Assembly (NCBI GenBank): GCA_963702475.1 | Contig: CAVPCT010000003.1 | Span: forward strand, 768,001-832,000 | Reading direction: 5' to 3' | Length of the DNA stretch: 64,000 bases | DNA from: an uncultured Thermoleophilia bacterium | GTDB taxonomy: Bacteria; Actinomycetota; Thermoleophilia; UBA2241 | Shown here: positions 61,874 through 64,000 of the stretch, piece by piece | Layout: each line of letters begins with the position of its first letter | How positions within the stretch are numbered: the stretch's first letter is position 1 | Translations under genes and position numbers: made by a program | Notes under the pieces: model-generated | Databases searched by the model: none | Seen by the model: only the letters and a program-made list of their open reading frames with translations | Told to the model about the DNA's origin: nothing

Positions 61874-63517
61874 CTACCCGGCCGGGGCGCGGTGGGAAGC
61901 ACGGCGCCGCGGCAGAAAAGCGCCGGCCACGGCGCCGGCGGCCGCGGCCAGCGCGGCCACGTAGAACGGCCAGCGGAACGCGGCCGAGACGGCGTCCCAG
62001 AAGATGATCTCCAGCTCGTTCTTGAGCTGGACAAGCACGATGCCCTCGAGAAAGCCGACCTGCGGCGCGATGACCTCGGCGATGGGATGGGCGATCCTGC
62101 GGATCTCGCTCATGCCGGCGGTGGCGTCGATGGTGCGCGCCGAGTCGAGGGCGTCGACGATCTGGTCCTTGACGGGCTGGGAGATGCCGGACTGGGCGCG
62201 CGTGACGGCCTGGCCCTCGTCGGCGGCGTCGTTGACGGCGGCCGTCATGGTGTGCGCGAACACGGCCACGAGGACGGCGACACCGAGAAGGAAGCCGAGC
62301 TGGCGCGCCGTGTTGAGCATGCCGGCGCCGGCGCCCTTGACGTCTTCGGCCAGGGCGCCCATGCCCGCGGCCGTGAGCGCCGGTAGGGAGAGGCCGATGC
62401 CGGCGCCGACGAGCACACAGCGCCAGATGACCTGGTCGAGCGGCGCCGTGCGCGAGAGCAGGCCCATGGCGACCAGGCCGGCCGCCGCCAGGACCGCGCC
62501 GAGCACGGCCAGGGGCCGGGCCCCCACGCGGTCCACGAGGCGGCCGGCGAACGGCGCGATGACGAGGGCGGCGGCCGGCAGGGTGGCTATCGTCAGGCCG
62601 GCCTTGAGCTCCGTGTAGTCCATCATCGCCACCATGAAGATGACGAGCATGAACATGGCGCCCATCATGGCGATGTCCACCGTCATGATGGCGGCGCTGG
62701 CGGCGGCCCACGTGCGGTCGCGGAAGTGCCGCAGGTCGAACAGCGGAGAGGGTATCCTCAGCTCCCAGAGTACGAAGCCGGCGAGGATGGCGGCCGCGCC
62801 GGCGAACAGGCCGAGGATCGGCGCGCTCAGCCAGCCCCACTCGTTGCCCTGGATGATGGCCAGGGTGAGACAGAGCAGGCCGGCGCAGCTGAGGCCCACG
62901 CCGGCCCAGTCCAGACGGGCGCCGGCGGCCGCAGGCGGGCGGCGCGGGATGAGCGTCAGGGCGAGCACGACTCCGAGCGCGCCGACCGGCAGGTTGAACC
63001 AGAAGATGGCCGGCCAGTCCCACGTCTGCACGAGCACGCCGCCGAGCACCGGCCCGAACGCGGCGGCGGCCGAGCTGAGGGCGCCGAACAGGCCGGCCGC
63101 GAAGCCCTGCCGCCGCGCCGGGTACGCCTGCATGAGCAGCGCCAGCGAGGCCGGTACGACGGCCGCTGCGCCGACTGCCTGCACCACACGGAAGGCGACC
63201 AGTACCTGCACGCCGCCTGCCGTGGCGCAGCCGACCGAGGCCAGCGTGAACAGCGCGAGGCCGAGCACGAACACGCGCCGGTGCCCGAACCGGTCGGCCA
63301 GTCGCCCCATGGTCAGCAGGAGCACGGCCAGCACGAGGTTGTAGCCGTTCATCACCCACGAGACGGCGATCACCGACGCGGTCATCGAGCGGATGATCTG
63401 CGGGACGGCTACGCTCATCACGGTGGCATCGGCCAGCGTGAGAAAGATCCCCGGGAGGACGGCGACGAGGACGAGCCAGCCGCGGGTCGGGAAGCCGGCG
63501 TCTGCATCGTGGATCAT
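61874..63517 (-). CDS. DHA2 (EmrB/QacA) MFS efflux transporter
   Basis: GRLADRFGHRR, GPVLGG, WPAIFWFNLPVG; 14-TM layout. Confidence 0.9.
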   Translation of the reverse strand: MIHDADAGFPTRGWLVLVAVLPGIFLTLADATVMSVAVPQIIRSMTASVIAVSWVMNGYNLVLAVLLLTMGRLADRFGHRRVFVLGLALFTLASVGCATAGGVQVLVAFRVVQAVGAAAVVPASLALLMQAYPARRQGFAAGLFGALSSAAAAFGPVLGGVLVQTWDWPAIFWFNLPVGALGVVLALTLIPRRPPAAAGARLDWAGVGLSCAGLLCLTLAIIQGNEWGWLSAPILGLFAGAAAILAGFVLWELRIPSPLFDLRHFRDRTWAAASAAIMTVDIAMMGAMFMLVIFMVAMMDYTELKAGLTIATLPAAALVIAPFAGRLVDRVGARPLAVLGAVLAAAGLVAMGLLSRTAPLDQVIWRCVLVGAGIGLSLPALTAAGMGALAEDVKGAGAGMLNTARQLGFLLGVAVLVAVFAHTMTAAVNDAADEGQAVTRAQSGISQPVKDQIVDALDSARTIDATAGMSEIRRIAHPIAEVIAPQVGFLEGIVLVQLKNELEIIFWDAVSAAFRWPFYVAALAAAAGAVAGAFLPRRRASHRAPAG

Positions 63518-63551
63518 GAAGCGAGTGTACACGCTCAGGTAGAATCGGTTC

Positions 63552-64000
63552 ATGGACGTGCGACAGGTCATCGCCGCGGTGGACAGGCTGGCTCCGTTCG
63601 AGCTGGCGGAGTCGTGGGACCATGTCGGCCTGCAGGTCGGCAGCCCGCACGACGTGCTGGACGCGCGACCGGGGGCCGACGCCGAGGGCCTGCCTGCCGT
63701 GCTCGTCACCCTCGAGGTGGACGACGCCGCGCTGGACGAGGCCGGCCGCCTCGGGTGCGCGGCGATCGTGAGCCACCACCCGCTGATCTTCTCGCCGCTG
63801 GAGCGGCTCACCGACGACGAGCCGAGCGCGCGCCTGGCGCTGCGCGCGGCGCGCGAGCGCATCGCCGTCATCGCCGCGCACACGAGCCTGGACAAGGCGC
63901 GCGGCGGCATCGCCGACGTCGTGGCCGGCATGCTCGGCCTCGAGGCGACCGTGCCGCTGGCGCCGTCGGCCGTGGACGCGTACAAGCTCGTCGGCTTCGT
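63552..64000 (+). CDS. Nif3-like dinuclear metal center protein (3' end outside window)
   Basis: MDVRQVIAAVDRLAPFELAESWDHVGLQVG...SHHPLIF...AHTSLD. Confidence 0.9.
   Translation, partial: MDVRQVIAAVDRLAPFELAESWDHVGLQVGSPHDVLDARPGADAEGLPAVLVTLEVDDAALDEAGRLGCAAIVSHHPLIFSPLERLTDDEPSARLALRAARERIAVIAAHTSLDKARGGIADVVAGMLGLEATVPLAPSAVDAYKLVGF

Noticed and set aside
60101-62386. 761-aa plus-strand ORF and similar long Arg/Gly-rich ORFs
   Set aside because: Antisense shadows of well-supported minus-strand genes.

Overview
High-GC (about 70%) bacterial chromosomal segment. The gene complement suggests Actinomycetota, possibly Thermoleophilia-like; that is inference. Left to right: nikR divergent from a nikMN/cbiMN gene; a tRNA-Ile2(CAT) gene followed directly by three tandem toxin-antitoxin cassettes (MNT-HEPN, MNT-HEPN, HicBA), each bounded by conserved att-like arms, with no recombinase gene; a radical SAM remnant and an intact B12-radical SAM gene; an RpoD-like sigma; cspA; a metallophosphoesterase; fur-katG; polyamine-type oxidase and agmatine deiminase; a minimal SufCB (SMS-like) pair; a formyltransferase; an ABC exporter; a DUF2089 operon; a TetR/epimerase pair; an S1P-lyase-like/FGGY kinase/MFS/HAD/aminotransferase operon; an ECF sigma/anti-sigma locus with a lipoprotein array sharing one promoter motif; an MMPL transporter with a long coiled coil; an hdrBC-like/gltB1/gltB2/gltB3 operon behind two tandem ANTAR attenuators, near pdtaRS; khtTU; a DHA2 MFS; and nif3. 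The most notable items are the tRNA-anchored TA cassette array and the doubly ANTAR-attenuated Hdr-like glutamate synthase operon. Several isolated single-base insertions in the right half are probably sequencing errors.
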